From contig JAGWUF010000001.1 in NCBI GenBank assembly GCA_028868545.1, positions 26,204 through 90,203 on the forward strand: DNA of 64,000 nt. The letters run 5' to 3'. Below, piece after piece: positions 27,292-36,283 of this stretch (positions are counted from its first letter, which is position 1; each line of letters opens with the position of its first letter). The notes below the pieces were generated by a model that made no database searches, was not told the DNA's origin, and worked only from the letters and a program-made list of their open reading frames with translations. Source of the DNA: Lysobacteraceae bacterium (lineage in GTDB: Bacteria > Pseudomonadota > Gammaproteobacteria > Xanthomonadales > Xanthomonadaceae). A program made the position numbers and the translations under genes.

Positions 27292-28005
27292 ATGGAGACC
27301 GACAGCGCGACCGTTCGCCCGGTGCATCCCGGCCCAGATCCCGCAGCCCCACTTGCGGACAGCCAACTGCTCCCTGCGCGCCTGCATGCGTCCCATGGCG
27401 TGCGCCTGCTTGGCCTGGACGCCCACGGCCGCGCCTTGGACTGGCTGAGCTGGCAGGACGCGACCTGCCTGTATGCGCGTGATGCGGTGGCATGGACGCT
27501 GGGCGAGCCGTGCCTGGAAGTGCATGGCGGCATCAATCGTCTGCGCGGCGTGCGCAGCATCCTGCAACTGCACCCCATCATCGCCGCCCGCGGCCACGCC
27601 CGGCCGCAGGCCATCGACCCCACGCCCGCTCTGACCAACCCGGCCTTGTTCACCCGCGACCAGTTCCTGTGCCTGTACTGCGGCCGCCAGTGCAATCGGC
27701 ACACGCTGACCCGCGATCATGTGCATCCCACCTCCAAGGGCGGGCGCGATGTCTGGGAAAACGTGGTCACCGCCTGCGTGCACTGCAACTCGCGCAAGGG
27801 CAACCGCACCCCGCAGCAAGCCGGGATGCCACTGCTGGCGGTGCCCTATCGGCCCAGCTGGATCGAGCATCTGATCCTCTCCAACCGCAATATCCTGGCC
27901 GACCAGATGGCCTTCCTGAAAGCCCAGCTGCCGAAGAACCCGCGGCAAGCACCGACACCGCACGCACTGCCGGCCCTGGATCACGCCGTGACCTTCTGCC
28001 ATTGA
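27292..28005 (+). CDS. HNH endonuclease (McrA-like)
   Basis: CLYCG zinc knuckle, TRDHVHP.SKGG, and W.NVVTAC..CNSRKG. Confidence 0.9.
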   Translation: METDSATVRPVHPGPDPAAPLADSQLLPARLHASHGVRLLGLDAHGRALDWLSWQDATCLYARDAVAWTLGEPCLEVHGGINRLRGVRSILQLHPIIAARGHARPQAIDPTPALTNPALFTRDQFLCLYCGRQCNRHTLTRDHVHPTSKGGRDVWENVVTACVHCNSRKGNRTPQQAGMPLLAVPYRPSWIEHLILSNRNILADQMAFLKAQLPKNPRQAPTPHALPALDHAVTFCH

Positions 28006-28055
28006 CGCGGGGCCGCGGCTTGGCAACACTGCGGTCGAGAGCAAGGGGGTAGACG

Positions 28056-29060
28056 ATGGCGCTGACGCTGGGCATGACCGGGATGGACCGCAAGATCGAA
28101 GCCGATGTTCAAACGGCTTTCAAGATCGCCAATGCCGAAGCCGGGCACCAATGGACTCTGGTCGAAGGCGACAATGCCGACTATGTCCTGATCGACATGG
28201 ACAGCCTGTACGGTCCGATGAGTTGGCTGCGCCTGCATTCGATGGGACGCAGAGTCATCGGGCTTTCGTCGACGGACCGCCAGCAGACCGACTTTCGGCT
28301 GCCGCATCCGATCACGGCCAGTGACCTGTCGGTGCTGCTCGGCGAAATCGCTTCCGGTCTTCCCCAGCAGCCGGCCACCCATGCTGCGCCGCAAGCCGCC
28401 GCCGCATCCACCCCGGAGCCGGTTCCCGAACCGATTCCGGAGCCCGCACCGACCCCGGTTCCCGAACCCGAGCCTGAGCCGGTCTCGGTACCGGAGCCCA
28501 TCGTGCCGGCCACGCCGATTGTGCGCACCCTGCAGTACTGGCTGAACGCCCGCAGCCTGCCCAGGCGGGTGCGCTTGCAGCGCGGCGAGAACCCCCCGTT
28601 GCTGATCGACGCGGCTGCCGGTTCGTGGCATGGCTCGGCCACCTTGAAACCGCTGGCGCCCTGTTTCGAGGCAGAGTTGACCGAGGCGGATTTCGAAGTG
28701 CTCGATGCCGACGCCTGGGTTGCGCAGGCCGCCAAGCTGGGGGAAGCACAGCCGCTCGCGCGCCTGCAATGGCTGGGTGGGCTGTTGACGGTCGCCGCGA
28801 CCGAGGGCAAATACATGCTGAAGAAATGGCCGCAGACCGAACGCGAATACCCCAAGCATTTCCGCATCGCCACCGTGATGATGAAGGGGCCGGCCACCGT
28901 CGTCGAAATCGCCGATGCCAGCGGCGTGAGTGCCGAGGAAGTCAACACGTTCATCAACGCCAATCTGGCCACCGGTTACGCCGAGCCGGCGGGAGATGCC
29001 CCGCCGTCACCGGCAGCACCCAAACCCGCTGGCCTGTTCGGCCGCATGCGCGGACATTGA
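28056..29060 (+). CDS. Hypothetical protein with receiver-like N-terminus, Pro/Glu linker and winged-helix-like C-terminus
   Basis: ADYVLIDMDS strand; PEPVPEPIPEPAPTPVPEPEPEP linker; YMLKKWP...HFRIATVMMKGPATVVEIADASG C-terminus. Confidence 0.7.
   Translation: MALTLGMTGMDRKIEADVQTAFKIANAEAGHQWTLVEGDNADYVLIDMDSLYGPMSWLRLHSMGRRVIGLSSTDRQQTDFRLPHPITASDLSVLLGEIASGLPQQPATHAAPQAAAASTPEPVPEPIPEPAPTPVPEPEPEPVSVPEPIVPATPIVRTLQYWLNARSLPRRVRLQRGENPPLLIDAAAGSWHGSATLKPLAPCFEAELTEADFEVLDADAWVAQAAKLGEAQPLARLQWLGGLLTVAATEGKYMLKKWPQTEREYPKHFRIATVMMKGPATVVEIADASGVSAEEVNTFINANLATGYAEPAGDAPPSPAAPKPAGLFGRMRGH
28412..28499 (+). repeat. Degenerate 6/12-bp tandem repeats encoding the Pro-Glu linker
   Basis: Repeated CCGGAGCC / CCCGAACC / CCTGAGCC units. 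Confidence 0.7.
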
Positions 29061-29248
29061 GCCACGCGCACCTGCTGCGCACCCCCGTGCATTTGCACCG
29101 GCGCGGGGACTTTATCGCTCAAAGCATGTAAACTTGCGCCTCGTTTCAACGTGGCAGCAGGTTCCCGCCAGCACGTCGGCCAGGCCGATCCAGTGGCACC
29201 CGACGCGCCGCGCTCCGTGCACGACCAGCGCGTCTGCACGCCATCCAT

Positions 29249-29358
29249 GGTGGCCCCGTCGGCCCCTCGCGACGCTAGGTCGAAAACCCCGCCAGGGCCG
29301 GAAGGCAGCAACGGTATCGACTGACGCGGGTGCCGAGGCCAGCCGGCGGGGCCGCCAC
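29249..29358 (+). ncRNA. ffs: Signal recognition particle RNA (4.5S)
   Basis: Terminal stem GGTGGCCCCGTCGG/CCGGCGGGGCCGCC enclosing the helix-8 motif GCCAGGGCCGGAAGGCAGCAACGGT (GGAA tetraloop, CAG/AGCA loops). Confidence 0.9.
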
Positions 29359-29379
29359 CTTTCCGGCCACGCAGCCGGA

Positions 29380-30123
29380 TCAGTAGCCCTTGTTCCAGGC
29401 CTGTGCGTAGGCCGCTTGCAGGCGGGCAAACGCGGCATCCACCTGTTCCACGCTGCGTTCGCCACGCAGCTTGCGCAACGAGCGCAACAACCGCTGCAGG
29501 TTGGCCTCGCGCCAGCCGGTGGCGGGAATGCGCAGACGCGACTGGTCGAAGTCGATCATCCAGCCACGTCCCTGTGCATCGAACAAAAGATTGTGCGCAT
29601 TGAGGTCGGCATGATCCAGACCGGCACGATGGAAACGTGCCACCAGCCGTCCCGCCTCTTCCCACGGCGCATCTTCGGCCGCGGCCAATGCCGCCAGCGG
29701 TCGCACATCATGCAGGCGTTGCATCAGGATGGCAGCGCGGTAATGCACGCCCTCACGCCAGTACATGGCGGCATACGGCAACGGCACCGGCAATTGCCTG
29801 GCACGCAATTGCCGCAGCAGGCGGAATTCGGCGAAGCTGCGTACGCGGTTGATGCCGCGCCACAGATGGCGGTCGTGGCTGAACCGGGCGATCAAGCCAC
29901 CGCGCAGGTATTGCCGCAGCAGCGCGTCGCCCTGCCCAAGGTCGATGAACCAGGCCCCGCCCCGCCCGCCTTCGACAACCGCCTGCGCCGAAGGCCCCCA
30001 ATGCGCCGGGTCGAACCAGGCCGGCTCGGGTTGCCGAACCTGCGTGCGGTCGAACAGAATTGCACCGTATCCGCGCCCATCGCGGAACGGCGTCAGATGC
30101 TCGTTGGCGTCGAACCCGGTCAT
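29380..30123 (-). CDS. kdkA: 3-deoxy-D-manno-octulosonic acid (Kdo) kinase
   Basis: [33 protein letters not shown] and IDFD motifs. Start chosen at MTGFDA. Confidence 0.93.
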   Translation of the reverse strand: MTGFDANEHLTPFRDGRGYGAILFDRTQVRQPEPAWFDPAHWGPSAQAVVEGGRGGAWFIDLGQGDALLRQYLRGGLIARFSHDRHLWRGINRVRSFAEFRLLRQLRARQLPVPLPYAAMYWREGVHYRAAILMQRLHDVRPLAALAAAEDAPWEEAGRLVARFHRAGLDHADLNAHNLLFDAQGRGWMIDFDQSRLRIPATGWREANLQRLLRSLRKLRGERSVEQVDAAFARLQAAYAQAWNKGY

Positions 30124-30144
30124 TCCTGCGAGTGTAGCAACCGC

Positions 30145-31200
30145 GTGCAAAAAAGTGCCCGACTTCCACGTTCGATCTGCCTGCTGCGCCTGTCGGCGCT
30201 GGGCGATGTCACCCATGTCCTGCCGCTGGTGCACACCTTGCGCGCAGGTTTGCCCGATGCCGATCTGACCTGGGTGATCGGCAAGGCCGAGCGCCGCCTG
30301 CTGGACGGCCTGCCGGGTGTGCGCTTTGTCGAGTTCGACAAGAAAGCCGGCCTGGCCGGCATGCGTGCGCTGCGCCGCGAACTGAGCCAACGCTTCGATG
30401 CCTTGCTGCAACTGCAACTGTCCGCACGCGCCAACCTGCTGTCGGCATTCATTCCGGCGCAGCGCCGGATCGGTTACGACCACGCACGCAGCAAGGAAGG
30501 CCACGGCCTGTTCGTCAACGAACGCATTGCCGAGCACGCCGGCGGGCATGTGCTGGACACCATCGGCCGCTTCCGCGAGCCGCTGGGGCTGCCCGCCCAG
30601 CCGGTGGCGTGGAAGCTGCCGGTGCCCGCCGATGCCCATGCCTGGGCGCATGCACAGTGGGATGAGGATGGCCGCGACACCTTGTTGATCTCGCCGTGTT
30701 CCAGCCACGCACTGCGCAACTGGCGCGCCGACCGCCATGCCGCGCTGGCCGACCACGCCATTGCGCAGGGCTGGCGGGTGGTGCTGTGCGGCGGGCGCAG
30801 CGTGCTGGAGCGCGAGACCGGCGATGCCATCCTGGCCGCGATGACGGCGCGCAGCAGCGTGCTGGACCTGATCGGCAAGGACACCCTCAAGCAGTTGCCG
30901 GCGCTGCTGGCGCGCGCCGACCTGGTGGTGACGCCCGATTCCGGCCCCATGCACATCGCCAACGCGATGGGCACCAAGGTGCTGGGCCTGCACGCGGCCA
31001 CCAACCCCGAACGCAGCGGGCCGTATTCCGATCGCCGCTATTGCGTGAACCGTCATGACGACGCCGCGCGCAAATACCGCGGCAAACCAGCGTCGGAGCT
31101 GAAATGGGGAACGAAGATCGAGACCGACGGGGTGATGGATCTGGTCAGCGTGGCGGATGCCATCGCCGCATTCGAGCGCTACCGCAGCGACGCGACGTGA
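30145..31200 (+). CDS. GT9 LPS core glycosyltransferase (heptosyltransferase/OpsX-like)
   Basis: [28 protein letters not shown] and DSGPMHIA motifs; divergent from kdkA; GTG start inferred. Confidence 0.88.
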   Translation: MQKSARLPRSICLLRLSALGDVTHVLPLVHTLRAGLPDADLTWVIGKAERRLLDGLPGVRFVEFDKKAGLAGMRALRRELSQRFDALLQLQLSARANLLSAFIPAQRRIGYDHARSKEGHGLFVNERIAEHAGGHVLDTIGRFREPLGLPAQPVAWKLPVPADAHAWAHAQWDEDGRDTLLISPCSSHALRNWRADRHAALADHAIAQGWRVVLCGGRSVLERETGDAILAAMTARSSVLDLIGKDTLKQLPALLARADLVVTPDSGPMHIANAMGTKVLGLHAATNPERSGPYSDRRYCVNRHDDAARKYRGKPASELKWGTKIETDGVMDLVSVADAIAAFERYRSDAT

Positions 31201-31608
31201 TCAGGCGCCGTTGCCGCTGCCGTAATCCTGGTACGATTTTTCCTCGACATAGGCCGAGCCCAGCGCCAGGTTGATGTCCTTCTTCACCCGCGCGCGGATG
31301 TCGTTTTCGAAATAGACGCTGCGCGCCAGCTTCACGAATCCGGCGTCGAAGGCCTGCGCCTTTTCCTTCAGCCGGATGTCGTCCTCGATCACCCACAGGC
31401 GTTCGTTGACCGCCTTCAACTCGGCGCGCAGCGTGGCGATGTCCTGTGCCGCCGCCGGGTGCGCCGCCCAGGTTTTTTCCAGTGCCGCCAGCTCGTTGCG
31501 CACATTGGCCAGCTTGGCCGCATCGTGCATGCGCTCGGACTTGATCTGGAGGATGGCGATCTTGTCCAGCAACTCGCCGAACGACACGGGGACCAGGATC
31601 TCGGACAT
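31201..31608 (-). CDS. DUF6165-like coiled-coil protein
   Basis: VPVSFGELLDKIAILQIK...LKAVNERLWVIED.IR...F..LARSVY..ND.RA..K..IN...GS...EEKSY pattern. Confidence 0.8.
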   Translation of the reverse strand: MSEILVPVSFGELLDKIAILQIKSERMHDAAKLANVRNELAALEKTWAAHPAAAQDIATLRAELKAVNERLWVIEDDIRLKEKAQAFDAGFVKLARSVYFENDIRARVKKDINLALGSAYVEEKSYQDYGSGNGA

Positions 31609-31659
31609 CGGGGCAGCACCTGCAAACGGGCGGCCAGTGTACCCGCCTGCGCAGCCAGC

Positions 31660-31688
31660 TTGCCGCCCGACCACCGCCCCGGTATCAT
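31660..31688 (+). promoter_or_regulatory. Sigma70 promoter for tRNA-Ser
   Basis: TTGCCG (31660-31665), 17 nt, TATCAT (31683-31688). Confidence 0.65.
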
Positions 31689-31703
31689 TTGCGGCCCACT
31701 TCC

Positions 31704-31794
<91 letters not shown>

Positions 31795-31835
31795 GACATG
31801 CAAGCGCCCCCTGCTGGGGGCGTTTTCATGTCTGC
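31795..31835 (+). terminator. Intrinsic terminator after tRNA-Ser
   Basis: GCGCCCCC-TGCT-GGGGGCG followed by TTTT, within an outer GACATG/CATGTC stem. Confidence 0.75.
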
Positions 31836-31927
31836 AAGGATGCAACGCACAGGCCCGCATTGCCGCCACGTCCGGTTCCATCGCATCATTGCGTTTCCAT
31901 CACCAACACCGGACGAAATGCCACCGC

Positions 31928-32632
31928 ATGATCGAATTCGGACACCTCACCCATGTCGGCCTGCGCCGCGAGCTGAACGAAGACACCTACTACGGCGACA
32001 GCGACCTGGGGCTGTGGCTGGTGGCAGATGGCATGGGTGGCCATGAGTATGGCGAAGTGGCCGCGGCGATGGCGCGCGAGATCATCGTGACCGCCGTGCG
32101 TGCCGGCAACACCCTGAGCCAGGCCATCACCCTGGCTGATGAGGAAATCATCCGCTGTTCCAAACGCCGGGGCGACAGCCTGCCGATGGGCACCACCGTG
32201 GTGGCCGCGCGGGTGGATGGCAACCACTTCGAAGTGGCCTGGGTGGGGGATAGCCGGGTGTACCTCTGGCGTGATGGCGACTTGATCCAGATTTCCCACG
32301 ACCACAGCTACGTGCAGGAACTGATTGCGCAAGGTGCCATCAGTGCCGCCCAGGCCCGCAACCATCCGCATCGCAACGTGGTCACGCAGGCCTTGGGCGT
32401 GACCGCCCCCGATCAGCTGAACGTGGAAACCCTGGGTGGCGAGCTGCGCGCGGGCATGCAGCTGCTGCTGTGCAGCGATGGCCTGACCGAAGAAGTGGAT
32501 GACCGCCAGATTGCCCGGATCCTGGCCCATGCCGAATGCAGTGCGCAGGAATGCGTGGACGGACTGGTGGCCGCCGCGCTGGATGGTGGCGGCTCCGACA
32601 ACATCACCGCGGTGCTGGTGCGACGCAATTGA
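31928..32632 (+). CDS. PP2C/PPM-family Ser/Thr protein phosphatase
   Basis: THVGLRR..NED, VADGMGGH, VGDSRVY, LCSDGLT and GGSDNIT motifs. Confidence 0.93.
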   Translation: MIEFGHLTHVGLRRELNEDTYYGDSDLGLWLVADGMGGHEYGEVAAAMAREIIVTAVRAGNTLSQAITLADEEIIRCSKRRGDSLPMGTTVVAARVDGNHFEVAWVGDSRVYLWRDGDLIQISHDHSYVQELIAQGAISAAQARNHPHRNVVTQALGVTAPDQLNVETLGGELRAGMQLLLCSDGLTEEVDDRQIARILAHAECSAQECVDGLVAAALDGGGSDNITAVLVRRN

Positions 32633-32645
32633 GGGGGGCCGACCC

Positions 32646-33362
32646 TCACACCCGATCCAGCTCCAGCCACAGGCAGCGGCCCGTTTTTTTCTGCAGGCCC
32701 GCCAGGCGTGCGGCGTGTGCCTCGGCTTCGTCCCCGGCGATGCGCACGCGCGGACGCGGGCCGGCATCGCCGCCGTCGGCACCCACCGTCACCACCGCAA
32801 CCGCAGCCACATGCGTGGCGGGCTCGCTCTCGAACCCGATCTCGCTCTGCCCCGAGGTCAGGGCCAGATAGACCTCCAGCAGGAGCTGTGCGTCCAGCAA
32901 GGCGCCGTGCAGGGTGCGCTGGGCGTTGTCCACGTCCAGCCGCTTGCACAGGGCATCCAGCGAGTTGCGCTGCCCCGGGTAACGCTTGCGCGCCATCAGC
33001 AGGGTGTCTTCCACCGTGCAGCGATCCTGCACCTTGCCGCGGCCGTCCAGCCGCGCCAGTTCCGCATCCAGGAAACCCAGATCGAAGGCGGCGTTGTGGA
33101 TGATCAGCTCGGCGCCGTCGATGAAGGCCAGGAACTCGTCGGCAATGTCGGCAAACCGCGGCTTGTCGGCAAGGAAATCCAGGGTAAGCCCGGTGACTTC
33201 CTGCGCGCCTTGTTCGAACTCGCGATCCGGATTCAGATAGCAATGGAACGTGCGCCCGCTGGGGCGGCGCTGCAGCAGCTCCACGCAGCCGATTTCCACC
33301 ACCCGGTTGCCCTTGCGCCATTCCAGCCCGGTGGTTTCGGTATCGAGAACAATTTGCCGCAT
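32646..33362 (-). CDS. dnaQ: DNA polymerase III epsilon subunit
   Basis: LDTETTG, IHNAAFD, NSLDALC and HGALLDA exonuclease motifs; TGATG overlap with rnhA. Confidence 0.96.
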   Translation of the reverse strand: MRQIVLDTETTGLEWRKGNRVVEIGCVELLQRRPSGRTFHCYLNPDREFEQGAQEVTGLTLDFLADKPRFADIADEFLAFIDGAELIIHNAAFDLGFLDAELARLDGRGKVQDRCTVEDTLLMARKRYPGQRNSLDALCKRLDVDNAQRTLHGALLDAQLLLEVYLALTSGQSEIGFESEPATHVAAVAVVTVGADGGDAGPRPRVRIAGDEAEAHAARLAGLQKKTGRCLWLELDRV

Positions 33363-33820
33363 CAGCCTGCCTGCTCCTTGAAGATGATGGCCTGGGCGCG
33401 GGCCAGCTGATCCACGCGTTCGTTGTCCGGGTGCCCGGCGTGCCCCTTGACCCAGCGCCAATCCACCGTGTGTCGACGCGATGCGACTTGCAGACGTTCC
33501 CACAGGTCGCGGTTCTTGACCGGGTCGCCGCCGGCGGTTTTCCAGCCGCGCCGCACCCAGCCGGCCAACCATTCGGTGATGCCCTGGCGCACGTATTGCG
33601 AATCGGTGGTGAGCACCACATCGCAGGCTTCCTTCAGGTTTTCCAGCGCCACGATGGCAGCCATCAATTCCATCCGGTTGTTGGTGGTGGCGGCCTCGCC
33701 GCCGGATAGTTCACGCTCGATCCCGCGCCAGCGCAGCAACGCCGCCCAGCCGCCCGGCCCGGGGTTGCCCAGGCAGGCGCCATCGGTATGCACTTCAACC
33801 TGCTTGCGATCGGCCGTCAC
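33362..33820 (-). CDS. rnhA: Ribonuclease HI
   Basis: [27 protein letters not shown] and WVKGHAG..NERVD motifs; GTG start inferred. Confidence 0.96.
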   Translation of the reverse strand: MTADRKQVEVHTDGACLGNPGPGGWAALLRWRGIERELSGGEAATTNNRMELMAAIVALENLKEACDVVLTTDSQYVRQGITEWLAGWVRRGWKTAGGDPVKNRDLWERLQVASRRHTVDWRWVKGHAGHPDNERVDQLARAQAIIFKEQAG

Positions 33821-34479
33821 GCCGGCGTCCCCGCCTGCAAATGCAACTGCGGTTTGCGCTGTGGGGTCAGCGGCAAGCGGCGTTTTTCCGCACGCAGCAA
33901 AAACGCTGCGCGCAGGCCCACGCCGTCTTGCAGGCGCGGATCCGGACCAACCTCCCACACCGGGCCGACCCCCTGGGTCAGCGAGTCCGGGGCCAACCCG
34001 GCTGCACGCAGGCGCTTGCGCCAGGTCACCGGCTCGTGCACGCGCAGGCCCTGCCCGCGCCAGCGCCAGCGATACGGCGACAGCGGATTGAATGCCAGCA
34101 GCCACAGCCAGCCACCCGGCAGCAGGACGCGGGCGCATTCCTCCAGCAGCGCGCCGGGCGCGCAGGCGGATGTTTCCGGATGCTGCACGATCACCACTGC
34201 GCAGGTTTCACTGGCCAGCGGCAGCGGCAGACCACACTGCAGCCCCCCCGTGAACACCCCACGCTGCGGATGCAGCCGCAACGGAACCGCCCCCTGCTCT
34301 GCTGCAAGCGGCGCCGCATTCGCCGTACCCAACCACAACGCCACTTGCCCGGGCCGCTGCTGCAGGCCCGCAGCCACGCAGCCGGCCTCGCTGGCCAGCA
34401 CGGCCTGGCCGGCAGCGCCGGCAAACCAGGCGTCGGCAGCAATCAGCTCGGATTGACGTTGGAACACGGGCGGCGGCAT
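33817..34479 (-). CDS. Class I SAM-dependent methyltransferase-like protein (YafS type)
   Basis: LPLASE....V..QH...[14 protein letters not shown]...FNPLS pattern; conserved position between rnhA and gloB. Confidence 0.75.
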   Translation of the reverse strand: MPPPVFQRQSELIAADAWFAGAAGQAVLASEAGCVAAGLQQRPGQVALWLGTANAAPLAAEQGAVPLRLHPQRGVFTGGLQCGLPLPLASETCAVVIVQHPETSACAPGALLEECARVLLPGGWLWLLAFNPLSPYRWRWRGQGLRVHEPVTWRKRLRAAGLAPDSLTQGVGPVWEVGPDPRLQDGVGLRAAFLLRAEKRRLPLTPQRKPQLHLQAGTPA

Positions 34480-34524
34480 GGTGTGATTCTGCGGGAAAGC
34501 CCGCGCTTCGTCACGGCTGGACAA

Positions 34525-35325
34525 ATGCCTCAGGAAACGCTTCTCGAACCGCGTCTCGAACCTGGCCTCGAACCGCTTCCCGCCTTCGATGACAATTACA
34601 TCTGGCTGCTGCGCGATGCCGCCGGGCGCGCGTTGATCGTCGATCCAGGCGACGCCGCGCCGGTGCGGGCCGCACTGGGCGACGGCCCGCCGCCGCATGC
34701 CATCCTCATCACCCACCATCACGGCGACCATATCGGCGGCGTGGCCGAACTGCTGGCGCGCTGGCCGGACACGCCGGTATTCGCGCCGCGGGACGAGCGC
34801 ATCGCCAGCGCCAGCCAGCGGGTGGCGGATGGCGACGAGGCGGCCGTCGGGCCGTGGCACTTCCGCGTGCTGGCCGTCCCCGGCCATACCCGCAGCCACG
34901 TGGCCTACCACGGCGAAGGCCTGCTGTTCTGCGGCGACACCTTGTTCAGTCTTGGCTGCGGGCGAATGTTCGAGGGCACGGCGGCGCAGATGCACGCCTC
35001 GCTGGCGCGCCTCGCCGCGCTGCCGGGCGATGCGCAAGTCTGCTGCGCGCACGAATACACGCAGGCCAACGCCGCGTTCGCGCTGGCGGTGGAGCCGGAC
35101 AACCCGGCGCTGCAGGCACGCGTCGCGCACGTGCGTGCCCTGCGCGCTGCAGGCCAGCCCAGCCTGCCCGCCACCTTGGCCGACGAATGCGCCTGCAATC
35201 CGTTCCTGCGTTGCCATGCACCGAGCGTTCACCGTGCCGCCGAACGACATGCCGGAAAGCCGCTGGCGAATGAAACCGAAGTCTTCGCCGTTCTGCGCAG
35301 CTGGAAAAACGACTTCCGCGGCTGA
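34525..35325 (+). CDS. gloB: Hydroxyacylglutathione hydrolase (glyoxalase II)
   Basis: PAFDDNYIW, THHHGDHIGG, PGHTRSH, FCGDTLF..GCGR.FEG, CAHEYT and NPFLR motifs. Confidence 0.95.
   Translation: MPQETLLEPRLEPGLEPLPAFDDNYIWLLRDAAGRALIVDPGDAAPVRAALGDGPPPHAILITHHHGDHIGGVAELLARWPDTPVFAPRDERIASASQRVADGDEAAVGPWHFRVLAVPGHTRSHVAYHGEGLLFCGDTLFSLGCGRMFEGTAAQMHASLARLAALPGDAQVCCAHEYTQANAAFALAVEPDNPALQARVAHVRALRAAGQPSLPATLADECACNPFLRCHAPSVHRAAERHAGKPLANETEVFAVLRSWKNDFRG
34543..34578 (+). repeat. Three 12-bp tandem repeats at the 5' end of gloB
   Basis: CTCGAACCGCGT / CTCGAACCTGGC / CTCGAACCGCTT, encoding LEPR-LEPG-LEPL. Confidence 0.8.
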
Positions 35326-35408
35326 ACTGCACTGGTCGGCAACGCGCGCGCAGGGCAAACTAGAGCATTCGCTCGACGCGCCCCGCGCGCACCACACAAG
35401 GAGACACC

Positions 35409-36197
35409 ATGGGATTCCTGCAAGGCAAGCGCGCGCTGGTCACCGGCATCGCCAGCCAGCGTTCGATCGCCACCGGCATTGCCGATGCCTTCCACCGCGA
35501 AGGCGCCGAGCTGGCGCTGACCTACCAGAACGAAAAGCTCAAGTCGCGCGTCGAAGACGCCGCCGCCGGCTACGGCAGCAAGATCGTGCTGCCGCTGGAC
35601 GTGGCCGACGACGCCCAGATCGACAACTGCTTCGCCGAACTGGGCAAGCACTGGAGCGACGGCTTCGACATCCTCGTGCATTGCATCGCGTTCGCCCCGC
35701 GCGAAGCGATCGAGGGCGACTTCCTCGACGGCATCGACCGCGAGCGCTACCACATCGCCCACGACATCAGCGCCTATTCGCTGGCCGCGCTGGGCAAGGC
35801 CGCGCGCCCGCTGATGAAGGGCAGAGGCGGCAGCATCCTCACCCTCACCTACCTCGGCGCGGAACGCGCGCTGGCCAACTACAACACGATGGGCGTGGCC
35901 AAGGCCTCGCTGGAAGCCACCGTGCGCTACATGGCGATGGCGCTGGGCCCGGAGGGCACCCGCGTCAACGCGATCTCGGCCGGCCCGATCCGCACCCTCG
36001 CAGCTTCCGGCGTCGCCAACTTCCGCAAGATGCTGAGCAGCTTCGAAGCCGCCGCGCCGCTGCGCCGTGCGGTCACCATCGAGGACGTGGGCAACACCGC
36101 CGCGTTCCTGTGCTCGGACCTTGCCAACGGCATCACCGGCGAGATCACCTACGTCGACGCCGGCTACAACATCATGGGGATGAGCGGGATCGACTGA
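35409..36197 (+). CDS. fabI: Enoyl-ACP reductase FabI
   Basis: [38 protein letters not shown] and [14 protein letters not shown] motifs. Confidence 0.96.
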   Translation: MGFLQGKRALVTGIASQRSIATGIADAFHREGAELALTYQNEKLKSRVEDAAAGYGSKIVLPLDVADDAQIDNCFAELGKHWSDGFDILVHCIAFAPREAIEGDFLDGIDRERYHIAHDISAYSLAALGKAARPLMKGRGGSILTLTYLGAERALANYNTMGVAKASLEATVRYMAMALGPEGTRVNAISAGPIRTLAASGVANFRKMLSSFEAAAPLRRAVTIEDVGNTAAFLCSDLANGITGEITYVDAGYNIMGMSGID

Positions 36198-36220
36198 CTT
36201 CCCGACCTCGTGCTGCAAAG

Positions 36221-36247
36221 AAAACGCCCGGCAAGCCGGGCGTTTTT
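36221..36247. terminator. Bidirectional intrinsic terminator between fabI and ppiD
   Basis: AAAACGCCCGG-CAAG-CCGGGCGTTTT between convergent genes. Confidence 0.85.
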
Positions 36248-36283
36248 CATGCGGAAACCGCGATCCGGGTGACCACCGGCCGG

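Noticed and set aside
28412-28499. Possible CRISPR-like array
   Set aside because: The units are degenerate 6/12-bp coding repeats with no unique spacers, and there are no cas genes in the window.
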